Positions 6,883-15,257 of a DNA stretch of 32,000 nucleotides are shown one piece after another. Source of the stretch: Pyrodictium abyssi (GTDB taxonomy: Archaea > Thermoproteota > Thermoprotei_A > Sulfolobales > Pyrodictiaceae); NCBI RefSeq assembly GCF_036323395.1, contig NZ_AP028907.1:1800001-1832000 (forward strand), in the 5' to 3' direction. Below the pieces are notes generated by a model that worked only from the letters and a program-made list of their open reading frames with translations, did not search any database and had not been told where the DNA came from. The position numbers and the translations under genes are program-made. Position 1 is the first letter of the stretch; every line of letters starts with the position of its first letter.

Positions 6883-7881
6883 GTGACGAGGATAGCGCTC
6901 CGGGACTTCAAGGGGATAAGGAGAGGCGTGGTGGACCTCGCGCCGCTCACGCTGCTCGCGGGCGCGTGTGGCAGCGGCAAGACAAGCATACTAGAGGCGA
7001 TAATGCTCGGCCACGGCTTCCGCGATATGCTGCCAGGGCTACCAGTCCACGACGTGTTGTCGAGGATGAGGCAGGGGCTGAGCAGCCGGGGCCTCGACCA
7101 CCTCATCTACGGCTACGGCGCGACAGACGCTGTACAGGCGCGTGTAGCCTTCTGGCGCGGGCAAGAACTCGCCTACCTCGTCACAGTGACGAGCGAGGGG
7201 AATAGACTGGTCATCCGGGTAGCCGAGCCGGGCCGCGAGGGCGTGGAGCCAGGCGAGGTCCTCGAGGCTAGCTCTGAGAGGCTACAGATAGGCTACCATA
7301 CACGGATAGTGGCCGTGGTAGAGAAGTATACGGGTAGGCTACGCGGAGAAGGCTTCAGGGGCTTCATAGACGTGGTGTACGTGCACCCGAAGCTCCTGGA
7401 CAGCCTTATGAAGTACGCCTACGACAACTGGATATCGCTAGTCAATGCAGGTGTAACAGCTACCGTCGCAAGGTGGATTAGCAGGATAGTGGGCAACGGG
7501 GGCTACATCGATATGACCGCGGAGCCTTTCGGGGCGGGCACCGAGTCGATATACCTCTACTCGGACAAGGGCATGAGGGTGAGGCTCAGCGATATGGGCG
7601 AGTGCACCGCTACACTAGCTGCCGCGAGGCTAGCCATAGACCACAAGAAGCCCGACGTGGTTCTGATAGACGGCCTCGACGCGATGATCTCGCCAGAGCT
7701 GTACCCCGCCCTCGTAGAGTGGTTCAAGACCCTGGTAGAGAAGGGTGTACAGGTCGTAGCGACCATGCAGGACTCGGAGCGCGCCCGCAGGCTCGCGAGA
7801 GCCGCTATAGAAAACGGGATAGACGCTGCCGCGTACCGGCTCTCCCTCCCCGGCGGGATGCTCACCGTGTCCAGTCTTTAG
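6883..7881 (+). CDS. ABC/SMC-type (RecF-like, AAA_15/AAA_21-like) ATPase with degenerate catalytic motifs.
   Basis: The N-terminus IALRDFKGI and Walker A GACGSGKTS are typical. The signature-like segment is LSDMGE. The Walker B region is VVLIDGLDAMISPEL, with Gly where the catalytic Glu normally sits. ATMQDS replaces the usual THS H-loop. Confidence 0.7.
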   Translation: MTRIALRDFKGIRRGVVDLAPLTLLAGACGSGKTSILEAIMLGHGFRDMLPGLPVHDVLSRMRQGLSSRGLDHLIYGYGATDAVQARVAFWRGQELAYLVTVTSEGNRLVIRVAEPGREGVEPGEVLEASSERLQIGYHTRIVAVVEKYTGRLRGEGFRGFIDVVYVHPKLLDSLMKYAYDNWISLVNAGVTATVARWISRIVGNGGYIDMTAEPFGAGTESIYLYSDKGMRVRLSDMGECTATLAAARLAIDHKKPDVVLIDGLDAMISPELYPALVEWFKTLVEKGVQVVATMQDSERARRLARAAIENGIDAAAYRLSLPGGMLTVSSL

Positions 7882-7923
7882 CTAAGTGCTCCGGTGAGGA
7901 TGCACCTCCACACCCCGGCTCGG

Positions 7924-7955
7924 AGCCCCTCCGATACGAGGCCCAGGGAGGGGCT
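7924..7955. repeat. Hairpin with a perfect 9-bp stem (AGCCCCTCC / GGAGGGGCT) and a 14-nt loop.
   Basis: Checked base by base in the 210-nt spacer after the ATPase gene. Confidence 0.6.
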
Positions 7956-7984
7956 ATGGCGAGAGGGCAAGGTGCCGAGGACAC

Positions 7985-8011
7985 CCTTCTACACTCTACT
8001 GGTGTAGAGGG
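7985..8011. repeat. Hairpin with a 10-bp stem (one G-U pair) and a 7-nt loop (CCTTCTACAC tctactg GTGTAGAGGG).
   Basis: Checked base by base. No oligo-T follows directly. Confidence 0.6.
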
Positions 8012-8091
8012 CTCTAGGCTCGCGCCCAGGCGCTATAGGGGCCCATCTTATTATCCTCCCAGCTGCTATAGAGCTAGTTACAGGGGTCGGC

Positions 8092-8967
8092 GTGGCGCCG
8101 AAGAACTGTAGTTTTACGCACGCGGTTGTGGGCCTCGACCTCTCAAAGGTGTCCGACCTCTTCGTGTCGTGGCTGCCCTACCTCCGGCGGGTGGGGACTC
8201 GGAGCCTAACGCTCGTACACGTGGTTTCCCTGGAGGTTCTGGAGCACGTTGCCAGCGGCTACCCCGTGGACAAGCTCCAGGAGGATATGAGGCGCGAGGC
8301 TCTGCGCAAGCTCGACGTTTACGCTACGGAGCTGCGCAGCAAGGGCTTCGAGGTCGAGGTCATACGCCCAGAAGTGGGTGAGCCGGCGATCAAGATAGCT
8401 GAGATCGCGCGCAGGCTTAACGCGGACTACATAGTGGTAGCGTCGAGGGGGCACGGCTGGATACGCCGCATACTGCTCGGGAGTACCAGCGAGGAACTCG
8501 TACACGTGGCTGACCGGCCTGTGTTCATATCGAAGCCCTATACACGCAGCAAGGACGGAGAGGAGGAGCTGCGTGCCCCCGGCGACCCCTTCGAGGGGCC
8601 CATAGTAGCTGCTGTGGACTTCGACGACTACCTCGACCACGTGCTATGCAGGGCCTCTGAGATAGCGAGGCGGACCGGCGCCAGAATAGTTCTGCTCCAC
8701 GTGCTTGAGGAGGGGGAGGATGGGCCTACAGTGGCTAAGCGTCTCCTCGAGCTAACCGAGAGGCTCAAGGCCGAGGGCGTTGAGGCAAGCTATACCATCG
8801 CCAAGGGTAAGCCTGGCAAAGCCATAGTTGAGGAGGCAGATAAGCTCGGAGCATCGCTCATACTCATAGGCCCGCATAGCAGAAGCGAGGCCACCATCGA
8901 GATAATGGGCACTACTACGGAGGCCGTGATACGGCGCGCGGGAACGCACGTACTAGTCTGTAAGTAG
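8092..8967 (+). CDS. Tandem universal stress protein (UspA) domain protein.
   Basis: There are two USP-like halves. Each ends in a G-x-x-G...LGS(T/V) type motif: ASRGHGWIRRILLGSTSEELV and GPHSRSEATIEIMGTTTEAVI. Confidence 0.85.
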   Translation: MAPKNCSFTHAVVGLDLSKVSDLFVSWLPYLRRVGTRSLTLVHVVSLEVLEHVASGYPVDKLQEDMRREALRKLDVYATELRSKGFEVEVIRPEVGEPAIKIAEIARRLNADYIVVASRGHGWIRRILLGSTSEELVHVADRPVFISKPYTRSKDGEEELRAPGDPFEGPIVAAVDFDDYLDHVLCRASEIARRTGARIVLLHVLEEGEDGPTVAKRLLELTERLKAEGVEASYTIAKGKPGKAIVEEADKLGASLILIGPHSRSEATIEIMGTTTEAVIRRAGTHVLVCK

Positions 8968-9588
8968 GAATTTTCTCGCCACTACTATCCCCGCTTCTAG
9001 GAGCCTCGCCGCACACTTCCTGCAATAGCGCATGCTCTTCGCATCCACCTCTACTATGTTGTTGCTGAACCTCATAACGCAGACAGGGTTGGCGCAGTGG
9101 CCTAGGCCGAAGGCGTGGCCGAGCTCATGGAGGGCCTCCTTTAGTAGTCGTTCACGGTATAGTGCCAGGTCTGGGCCTAGCCCGTAGAACTCGGGGCGGA
9201 GACGCCGCGTATAGACTACAGCCACGCCCCCACCCACCATTGCCTGCCCGAAGACGAAGTTTAGGCCAGGGCTATAGGCATCAATGCTGGCAACTACCAG
9301 CGCGGCATCTACCCCAGTGCTCTGCCTCAGTCTAGCCGCCTCATCGAGCACCATCTCGCTCAGGTACTGGCCCCTCGCCGGGTCGTAGGCCCCGCGTGGC
9401 GGACTGAGCACAGAGCTGTAGACCTCTACCACCGCGTTTGCATAGGCCTCTGCGAGCCTGTCTGCTAGCCAGGCTACGTGGGCTAGCGGCTCGTCCCCCA
9501 TACCCGCTACGAGTATCCTAGGTGCCCCGGAGCCCAGTACTCTACACCTCTTTGCCGCTGTCTCTCTTCCTGCCCAGCTTCCTTTCAA
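8953..9588 (-). CDS. amzA: Archaemetzincin (peptidase M54). The start is uncertain.
   Basis: HELGHAFGLGHC zinc motif, followed by a Cys cluster (CVM...CRKC). Confidence 0.85.
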   Translation of the reverse strand: MKGSWAGRETAAKRCRVLGSGAPRILVAGMGDEPLAHVAWLADRLAEAYANAVVEVYSSVLSPPRGAYDPARGQYLSEMVLDEAARLRQSTGVDAALVVASIDAYSPGLNFVFGQAMVGGGVAVVYTRRLRPEFYGLGPDLALYRERLLKEALHELGHAFGLGHCANPVCVMRFSNNIVEVDAKSMRYCRKCAARLLEAGIVVARKFLLTD

Positions 9589-10075
9589 CAGCCTTTTTGG
9601 CGCTAGAGGCTTTCCCTAGGCTCTTTAGGACAAGTCTACCTTCGCGTGTAAGAGGCTCGTCCAGGCCACGGTACCTCGCCGCGTAGAAGCGGTAGCTGGC
9701 AAGCGTCACCGCCACGGTCACGGCGAGCGAAGCCAGGTGGCTTGCTACCCCTCCTAGGGGGATGCTACCCATCAGCGACGCAATGCTCGACAGCGTCTTG
9801 CTCGCTGTGAACGCTGCGAGGTTGCACATGAGGGCTAGGAGCAGCGAGATGTAGGCTAGAAGCCCGATGCCGGGCAGCTTCTCCCCATGTCTACGTGCTA
9901 GCTCCACGTCGTGTATCCTACGCGCGAAGCCCCTACCAGCATTGATCGACAGTAGTACTCCTAGCGCCAGGCTCGCCAGCGATACGAGCTCTGCCAGGTG
10001 CTCCAGCCCACTGGGTAAGCCCGGTAGAGCTATTGCGCCGTGGACCAGGGCTATGGCCACGTTAGACTCCTCCAT
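9542..10075 (-). CDS. Membrane protein, family unknown.
   Basis: ORF track. It has about 4 hydrophobic segments and a basic C-terminal tail. Confidence 0.5.
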   Translation of the reverse strand: MEESNVAIALVHGAIALPGLPSGLEHLAELVSLASLALGVLLSINAGRGFARRIHDVELARRHGEKLPGIGLLAYISLLLALMCNLAAFTASKTLSSIASLMGSIPLGGVASHLASLAVTVAVTLASYRFYAARYRGLDEPLTREGRLVLKSLGKASSAKKAVERKLGRKRDSGKEV

Positions 10076-10348
10076 GACGAGCAGCCTTGCATGAGCCGCT
10101 GTAGGGGTCTACCTCGCTGCCGTCCAGGCCGCATAGTGCAGTCCTACCGCTAGCAGGAAGTACGCTAGACCTATGACCGCGGCGAGGAGTTGCCGTCTCG
10201 ACACCCACTCTACCCCGGCACGGGTGTAGCCGTAGCCCCGGGTTTTACCGTCTATGCCTCTAGCCTAGCGGGGCCGCGCCCTGAGGCTTCGGGAGGGTTT
10301 AATGTGGAGGGTGGCAGGGGCTAGCCCCGGGGAGAGGGCTAGAAGGCG

Positions 10349-11842
10349 ATGGACGCTTACCGGCTGCCTGGCTGGCTTCTGCGGGAGAAGCTCGTACAGG
10401 GCGAGATAGACGTAGCTGACTACGTTGCGTCGGTCTACGAGAGGATTGAGCGGCTAGACGGCCTCCTCAGAGCCTACATCACTGTGAGGCCGCGCGAGGA
10501 GGTTGAGGCTGAGGTCCGCCAGCGGGTTGAGAAGGCGAGGAGGAACGGCGGGCTGCCGCTCGCCGGGCTACTAGTGGCGGTAAAGGACGTTATACATGTG
10601 AAGGGGCTTCCGGTTACCTGTGGCTCCAAGATGCTGGGAAAGTACGTCGCCGTGTACGACGCCACGGTTGTCGAGAGGCTCCGTGAGGCCGGCGCAGTGG
10701 TGGTAGGCAAGACCAATATGGATGAGTTCGCGATGGGCTCCACCGGGGAGACGAGCGCCTATGGCGCGTCCCGTAACCCATGGAGCCCCGACCGCGTGCC
10801 CGGGGGGAGTAGCAGCGGCACCGCTGTAGCGCTAGCCGCTGGCATGGCTACCCTCGGGCTCGGCACCGACACCGGCGGCAGTATACGGATGCCGAGCGCG
10901 TGGACCGGGCTGTACGGGCTAAAGCCGACCTACGGGCTCGTGTCGCGCTACGGCCTAGTCTCCTACGCTGATAGCCTAGAGCAGATAGGCCCCATGGCAA
11001 GGAACACCAGGGACCTGGCCGCGCTACTCGAGGCCATAGCCGGGTTCGACCCGCGGGACTCCACAAGCCTTCCGGGCAAGCCTAGGGGCCTCGTAGAGGC
11101 CGCTGAGGAGGGGCTAAAGAACGGGGCTAGGGGCCTCCGGGTAGCCGTAGTCAAGGAGTTCATGGAGCACCCAGGCGTGCACGAGTCTGTGAAGAAGCTG
11201 GTAGAGGCCGCTGCCCGGCTCCTAGGCGACGCTGGAGCCGAGGTGGGCGAGGCCCGCCTCGGAAGGGAGGTACTCGAGTACAGCCTCCCGGCCTACTACG
11301 TCATAGCCATGGCCGAGGCTAGTAGCAACCTTGCCCGCTACGACGGCGTGAGGTACGGGCCCAGGGAGCCGCCACAGCCCTGGGAGGGCTGGAACACTTA
11401 CTACTCCCGTATACGCGCCAAGTACTTCGGCGCAGAGGTGAAGCTCAGGATAATGCTCGGCTCCTGGATGCTCAGCAGCGGGTACCGCGACCAGTACTAC
11501 ATACGCGCGCTCAAGATGAGGCGCATAGTCCGCGACCGCGTACTAGCCCTTCTGGAGGAGTACGACCTGCTCCTAGCCCCAGCAGTGGTCGCGCCACCGC
11601 CGCGTCTAGGCGAGGTGGTGGACGACCCGGAGAGGATGTACGCTCTCGACCTGGCGACCGTGGTGGCTAACCTGTCCGGTGTACCCGCCGCTGCCGCCCC
11701 GGCAGGCAGGGTGGACGGTATACCTCTAGGAGTGCAGTTGATAGCTAGGCCTTTAGGCGAGGACAGGCTGCTACGCGCTCTCGGGGCCCTGGAGGCTGTA
11801 AGCGGGCTCGCAGACCTCGTGGCGGAGCCCGCCACGGGCTAG
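10349..11842 (+). CDS. gatA: Glutamyl/aspartyl-tRNA amidotransferase subunit A.
   Basis: Amidase signature GGSSSGTAVALAAG and GTDTGGSIRMPSA, plus KDVIHVKGLPVTCGSKML. A TATA-like TTTAAT lies about 45 nt upstream. Confidence 0.9.
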   Translation: MDAYRLPGWLLREKLVQGEIDVADYVASVYERIERLDGLLRAYITVRPREEVEAEVRQRVEKARRNGGLPLAGLLVAVKDVIHVKGLPVTCGSKMLGKYVAVYDATVVERLREAGAVVVGKTNMDEFAMGSTGETSAYGASRNPWSPDRVPGGSSSGTAVALAAGMATLGLGTDTGGSIRMPSAWTGLYGLKPTYGLVSRYGLVSYADSLEQIGPMARNTRDLAALLEAIAGFDPRDSTSLPGKPRGLVEAAEEGLKNGARGLRVAVVKEFMEHPGVHESVKKLVEAAARLLGDAGAEVGEARLGREVLEYSLPAYYVIAMAEASSNLARYDGVRYGPREPPQPWEGWNTYYSRIRAKYFGAEVKLRIMLGSWMLSSGYRDQYYIRALKMRRIVRDRVLALLEEYDLLLAPAVVAPPPRLGEVVDDPERMYALDLATVVANLSGVPAAAAPAGRVDGIPLGVQLIARPLGEDRLLRALGALEAVSGLADLVAEPATG

Positions 11843-11987
11843 CTTATACATGGCTGTGCGGCTCTGGGGGAAGTCTGATATAGGGGGCGCAGAGTGGGAA
11901 CGGCTTCCCACGGAGCTGTTTCTTCGGGGCGCTGCGGCCCCGCGGGGCCCATGCGACTACATGGAATTGGGTATTGGTGGGTAGGTC

Positions 11988-12377
11988 TTGGCGGCTAAGG
12001 AGCTGAGGGGTGGCGGGGGCTCCAAGCCCCGGAGCTGGAGCCCCTCAACCCTACTTGAGGCCCTACGCACGAGCTTTGACGACCTGGAGGCCTACGCATA
12101 CATCAACGGGGGTGAGCTCATACTCCGCTCGGAGTACGAGCTTATAGTCATCCGTGTCCCGAGCAGCCTAGTCTACTGGGACCTTGAGGCGTACCTCTAC
12201 AAGCTCGGGGCCCAGGTGTATGAGTGCCGCCGGGGCATAGGCTTCATACTCCCCACGGTCTCGGGCCCGAGGCTGGTCTTCCACGCTCGGATAATACACC
12301 GGGAGGACGGCAAGGCCTACATAGCCATAGAGCCGCGTGGCGTCGCTACACGCGGAGAAAAGCCGAAACTATGCTAA
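11988..12377 (+). CDS. Hypothetical protein, 129 aa, TTG start.
   Basis: ORF track. The composition is protein-like after a Gly/Ser-rich N-terminus. Family not recognised. Confidence 0.45.
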   Translation: MAAKELRGGGGSKPRSWSPSTLLEALRTSFDDLEAYAYINGGELILRSEYELIVIRVPSSLVYWDLEAYLYKLGAQVYECRRGIGFILPTVSGPRLVFHARIIHREDGKAYIAIEPRGVATRGEKPKLC

Positions 12378-12406
12378 GGGGCGCCGGAAACACCCCTACA
12401 CTCACG

Positions 12407-12410
12407 TTTT
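12407..12410 (+). terminator. Oligo-T (TTTT) about 30 nt after the stop of ORF 11988..12377.
   Basis: Archaeal termination typically occurs at T-runs. Confidence 0.3.
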
Positions 12411-12484
12411 GATCCCCGGCTATGGGGGCTGCATCAATAAGCCGTTGGCCCTGCCACAGCATGGCGCGGGTACTCGTTTCCGGC

Positions 12485-12489
12485 AAAAA
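12485..12489 (-). terminator. T5 run (minus strand) about 44 nt after the stop of the MetE-like gene.
   Basis: The plus strand reads CCGGCAAAAACACGG. Confidence 0.35.
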
Positions 12490-12532
12490 CACGGAGGCCG
12501 CCTGGCTCGGTCTTTCGCGATGCTCCTTGTGC

Positions 12533-13537
12533 CTATTGTTTCTCGGCGCGGTAGCGCTCGGCTATGGTGGCGACTATCCTTGTCTTCTCTATCGCGTAGT
12601 TGAGCGGTATGAGGTCTAGCCAGGCACTGGTTGTTACTAGGAGCTTCTCGGCCCCGGTCGCCTCTACAGCCTTGTCGAGCGTCTCTCTGGCCTTCTCGTA
12701 GCTGTCCGGGTATATGTCGCGGGCCTGGACTATGCCAGCTCCGAGCCCGTGGCCGCCGAGGCCCTTGGCCTGGAGGAGCTGGAGAGCCTTAGCGGGGTTG
12801 TCGGCCATGCTCAGCACTATGTAGTCGGCCTTGACGCTGAGCAGTTTCTCGTATACCTGGGGCTCCGGGACGTTGTAGGGTATGGCCAGCCTCGTCGCAG
12901 CGCCCTTAGCGGACGCTGCACCCAGGATGCGGGAGGCCAGCTCTGCTGCTAGCTCCGCGTCGTCGGGAGTAGCGTCCACGTCTGCTAGGAAGGGCTCGTC
13001 TACCTGTACTACTGCTGCGCCTGCCTCAGCCGCTTTCTCGACCTCCCTGGCCAGTATTGCCGCTATCTCTGCTGCTAGCTCTTCTAGGCTTCTCCCCGTC
13101 ATGTTCTTGGAGAGCTTGGCGAAGGTTACTGGGCCCGGGAGGACTATCTTCAGCCTAGCGAACTTGGGCAGCACCTTCTTCAGCTGTATGACGCGGGGCG
13201 GCGTTACCAGCTTCTTCGGGTCGGGCATGTCTGTGAACACTGGTATACGGTAGAAGAAGTTGTTGTCGAACCAGCGTAGGAGCCCGTCTACGGCTACGTT
13301 GCGCCAGGCCTCGGCGAAGGGCCGTAGAGGATCGTGCCAGTCTATTACCGGGTCTACCACGGTTGTTAGCCCGGCGCCGAGCTGCGCGCCTACCACTAGC
13401 AGTGTGTCCTCCCACACTGTCCTGGCTACGTCCACGAAGCCCTCCTCGGCCTTCTCCTCGAAGCGGCGTAGGGTCTTGCGGACGCGCTCGCTCCTCGGGT
13501 AGCCGCCTAGTACCTCTGCCTCAACGACTAGGGGCAT
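12533..13537 (-). CDS. Stand-alone protein resembling the N-terminal half of cobalamin-independent methionine synthase (MetE, Meth_synt_1-like).
   Basis: LLRWFDNNFFYRIPVF resembles the MetE KWFDTNYHY motif. The layout is TIM-barrel-like, and the whole 334 aa contains no Cys. Confidence 0.65.
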   Translation of the reverse strand: MPLVVEAEVLGGYPRSERVRKTLRRFEEKAEEGFVDVARTVWEDTLLVVGAQLGAGLTTVVDPVIDWHDPLRPFAEAWRNVAVDGLLRWFDNNFFYRIPVFTDMPDPKKLVTPPRVIQLKKVLPKFARLKIVLPGPVTFAKLSKNMTGRSLEELAAEIAAILAREVEKAAEAGAAVVQVDEPFLADVDATPDDAELAAELASRILGAASAKGAATRLAIPYNVPEPQVYEKLLSVKADYIVLSMADNPAKALQLLQAKGLGGHGLGAGIVQARDIYPDSYEKARETLDKAVEATGAEKLLVTTSAWLDLIPLNYAIEKTRIVATIAERYRAEKQ

Positions 13538-13638
13538 ACCAGCGGCACCCGCGGAGGGCCTAGAGGGGCCTGGAGAATAGAAGCCTACCCCTCAGCCATC
13601 GCCGCCCTACTACTACACGGCCGCCCATGCCCTGGCCT

Positions 13639-14778
13639 CTAGAGCATAGATGGGGCGAAGAGCACTATGAAGTAGATTACCAGCAGCACTAGCCCGAAGG
13701 GTACGCCAATCCGCGCCCACTCCTTGGAGGTTATCCCTAGCCTGCCTGCCGCCACTATGTTGGGTATGTTGCCTGGTATCAGCATGCCGCCGGATATTAT
13801 GAGGCTTAGGAGAGCAGCCTTTATCTGGTCTATGTGGAGGTACGGGCCTATCTCCGCAGCCGTTAGCGTCGCGTTGTCTACAGCAGCTGATATCATGTTG
13901 ACCCAGTAGAGTATGTACGATGGTATCCTAGTGAAGTACCACTCGACGAAGGGCATGAAGCTCGTGCCTAACAGCTCTAGCGCTGCGACGAACACATAGA
14001 CGCGGACCGCGCGGAGGATTACGCTGCGCAGCGTCCCCGCATACTCTATGCCCTCTGCCATGCTGCTGCGTACTGACTCCGCTGCGCCCTTGGCGGCGCG
14101 GATCGCCGTATAGGCTGCGACTGCTATGACGCCGGGTATGATGTAGGGGCCTAGGAGTCTTAGGAGGAAGTCGAACCCTGCATGGTAGGGCGGTCCAGAG
14201 AGCTTGCTTACCGCTATGGTGGCGAGGGGTTCGCCTACGGGTGTCAGTGCAGCGCCCATGCCAAGGGCGAATGCCGCTAGCACAGTGGCTTCTACCTTCT
14301 TCTGCCGTGTAAGCGGGAGCGCCGCCATGACCTCGGCGAATACCACAGCAGCTACTATCACTGATATAATGCTGCTAGTGAGGCCTAGGAGGGTCACTAT
14401 CACGAAGAGGAAGCCGCGTATCCCTAGCTTCTCGAGCAGCCTGCCTATTCCATGGTATATAGGGCCATGGTACTTGTAGAATACGAGGCCTGCTACCAAC
14501 ACTACCTGCGTTATGCCGATTGGCATCCCATGCAGCATTACCGGTGTTAAGAGCGCGCGCTTGACTAGCTCGCCTACCTCGCCTGGGGGGAGAATACCGG
14601 CTAGATAAATCACTATACTACCGATTATACCCATTACTAGGAAGAATGGTTCGAGGTTCTCCTCTATCTTTCTAGACACCATTGGAAGCACAAGCACCAT
14701 AGCTAGTATAGCGCCGAGAACCGCGACGACGCTCATAACGGGTTCTTCCGGGATATTGAGCGCGACGAGCCCAGCCAT
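13639..14778 (-). CDS. Polytopic membrane protein with at least 10 TM segments, possibly a DUF1646-like putative cation transporter.
   Basis: The N-terminus ...SRKIEENLEPFFLVMGIIG resembles that family. It is hydrophobic throughout. The family call is from memory only. Confidence 0.6.
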   Translation of the reverse strand: MAGLVALNIPEEPVMSVVAVLGAILAMVLVLPMVSRKIEENLEPFFLVMGIIGSIVIYLAGILPPGEVGELVKRALLTPVMLHGMPIGITQVVLVAGLVFYKYHGPIYHGIGRLLEKLGIRGFLFVIVTLLGLTSSIISVIVAAVVFAEVMAALPLTRQKKVEATVLAAFALGMGAALTPVGEPLATIAVSKLSGPPYHAGFDFLLRLLGPYIIPGVIAVAAYTAIRAAKGAAESVRSSMAEGIEYAGTLRSVILRAVRVYVFVAALELLGTSFMPFVEWYFTRIPSYILYWVNMISAAVDNATLTAAEIGPYLHIDQIKAALLSLIISGGMLIPGNIPNIVAAGRLGITSKEWARIGVPFGLVLLVIYFIVLFAPSML

Positions 14779-14854
14779 GCCCGCTGCACCCGGTAGCGTT
14801 TCTGTTGCCAGCCCCGGGAGGCATAATACAAGCTAGCTGCTGGTTTGCCCGGCA

Positions 14855-15037
14855 GGGGCTCAAAAGCAGTGCGCCGCCACACGATGGGCGGCTCCGGGAG
14901 TGCAAGGGCTCATCAGCCCAGGGGCTCAGGAGGCTCAGGCGGTCTTCACCGCCGCCCCGTGGGCCGGCGAGCCCTCCTTAGCACAGCTGTGTGACGTGTA
15001 ACACTTCCCGGGTTTAAGGGGCTCTCCCGGGCTCAGG
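14855..15037. repeat. Cluster of GGGCTCA / GGCTCAGG motifs in a divergent promoter region.
   Basis: GGGGCTCA is at 14855. GGGCTCA is at 14906. GGCTCAGG is at 14923 and 14932 (tandem, 9-nt period) and at 15029. GGGGCTC is at 15018. Confidence 0.6.
15013..15018 (+). promoter_or_regulatory. TATA-like TTTAAG for the ThiS-like/TtuA operon.
   Basis: It lies 33-38 nt upstream of the ATG at 15051. One GGCTCAGG copy lies between this box and the start codon. Confidence 0.4.
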
Positions 15038-15050
15038 GTGAATAGCTGCT

Positions 15051-15257
15051 ATGGCGATACGGGTCAAAGTTATAGGCTCGCCTAGCGAGAAGCTCGTCGA
15101 GCACCGCGAGGGCATGACTGTAGGCGATGTCCTGCGCGAGCTGGGGCTGCTCAGCAGCGAGTACGTAGTGGCCCGGAACGGCCGAGTCGTGGCCGAGGAC
15201 GAGCCCGTGGAGGACGGCGACGAGATAGTACTGTACCCGGTGGTGTCGGGTGGCTAG
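15051..15257 (+). CDS. ThiS/MoaD-family ubiquitin-like sulfur carrier (TtuB/SAMP-like) ending in Gly-Gly.
   Basis: It is 68 aa, and the C-terminus ...YPVVSGG* is typical of beta-grasp sulfur carriers. It overlaps the next gene by 8 nt. Confidence 0.8.
   Translation: MAIRVKVIGSPSEKLVEHREGMTVGDVLRELGLLSSEYVVARNGRVVAEDEPVEDGDEIVLYPVVSGG

Noticed and set aside
10109-10204. A 31-aa GTG-initiated hydrophobic ORF (VSRRQLLAAVIGLAYFLLAVGLHYAAWTAAR) upstream of the 177-aa membrane protein.
   Set aside because: It is too short, has no SD or TATA support, and Ala/Leu-rich segments are common by chance at this GC content.
12383-12484. A perfect 9-bp inverted repeat (GCCGGAAAC / GTTTCCGGC) enclosing 84 nt and followed by an ACA, considered as an H/ACA-like guide RNA.
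   Set aside because: I found no convincing pseudouridylation pocket or K-turn. The arms coincide with the oligo-T terminators of the two convergent flanking genes (T4 at 12407 on the plus strand, T5 at 12485 on the minus strand). It is more likely terminator context or chance.
12337-12619. ORFs 12337..12603 and 12422..12619 in the spacer and the MetE-like 3' end.
   Set aside because: Their sequences are not protein-like. They overlap the terminator region and the supported MetE-like gene.
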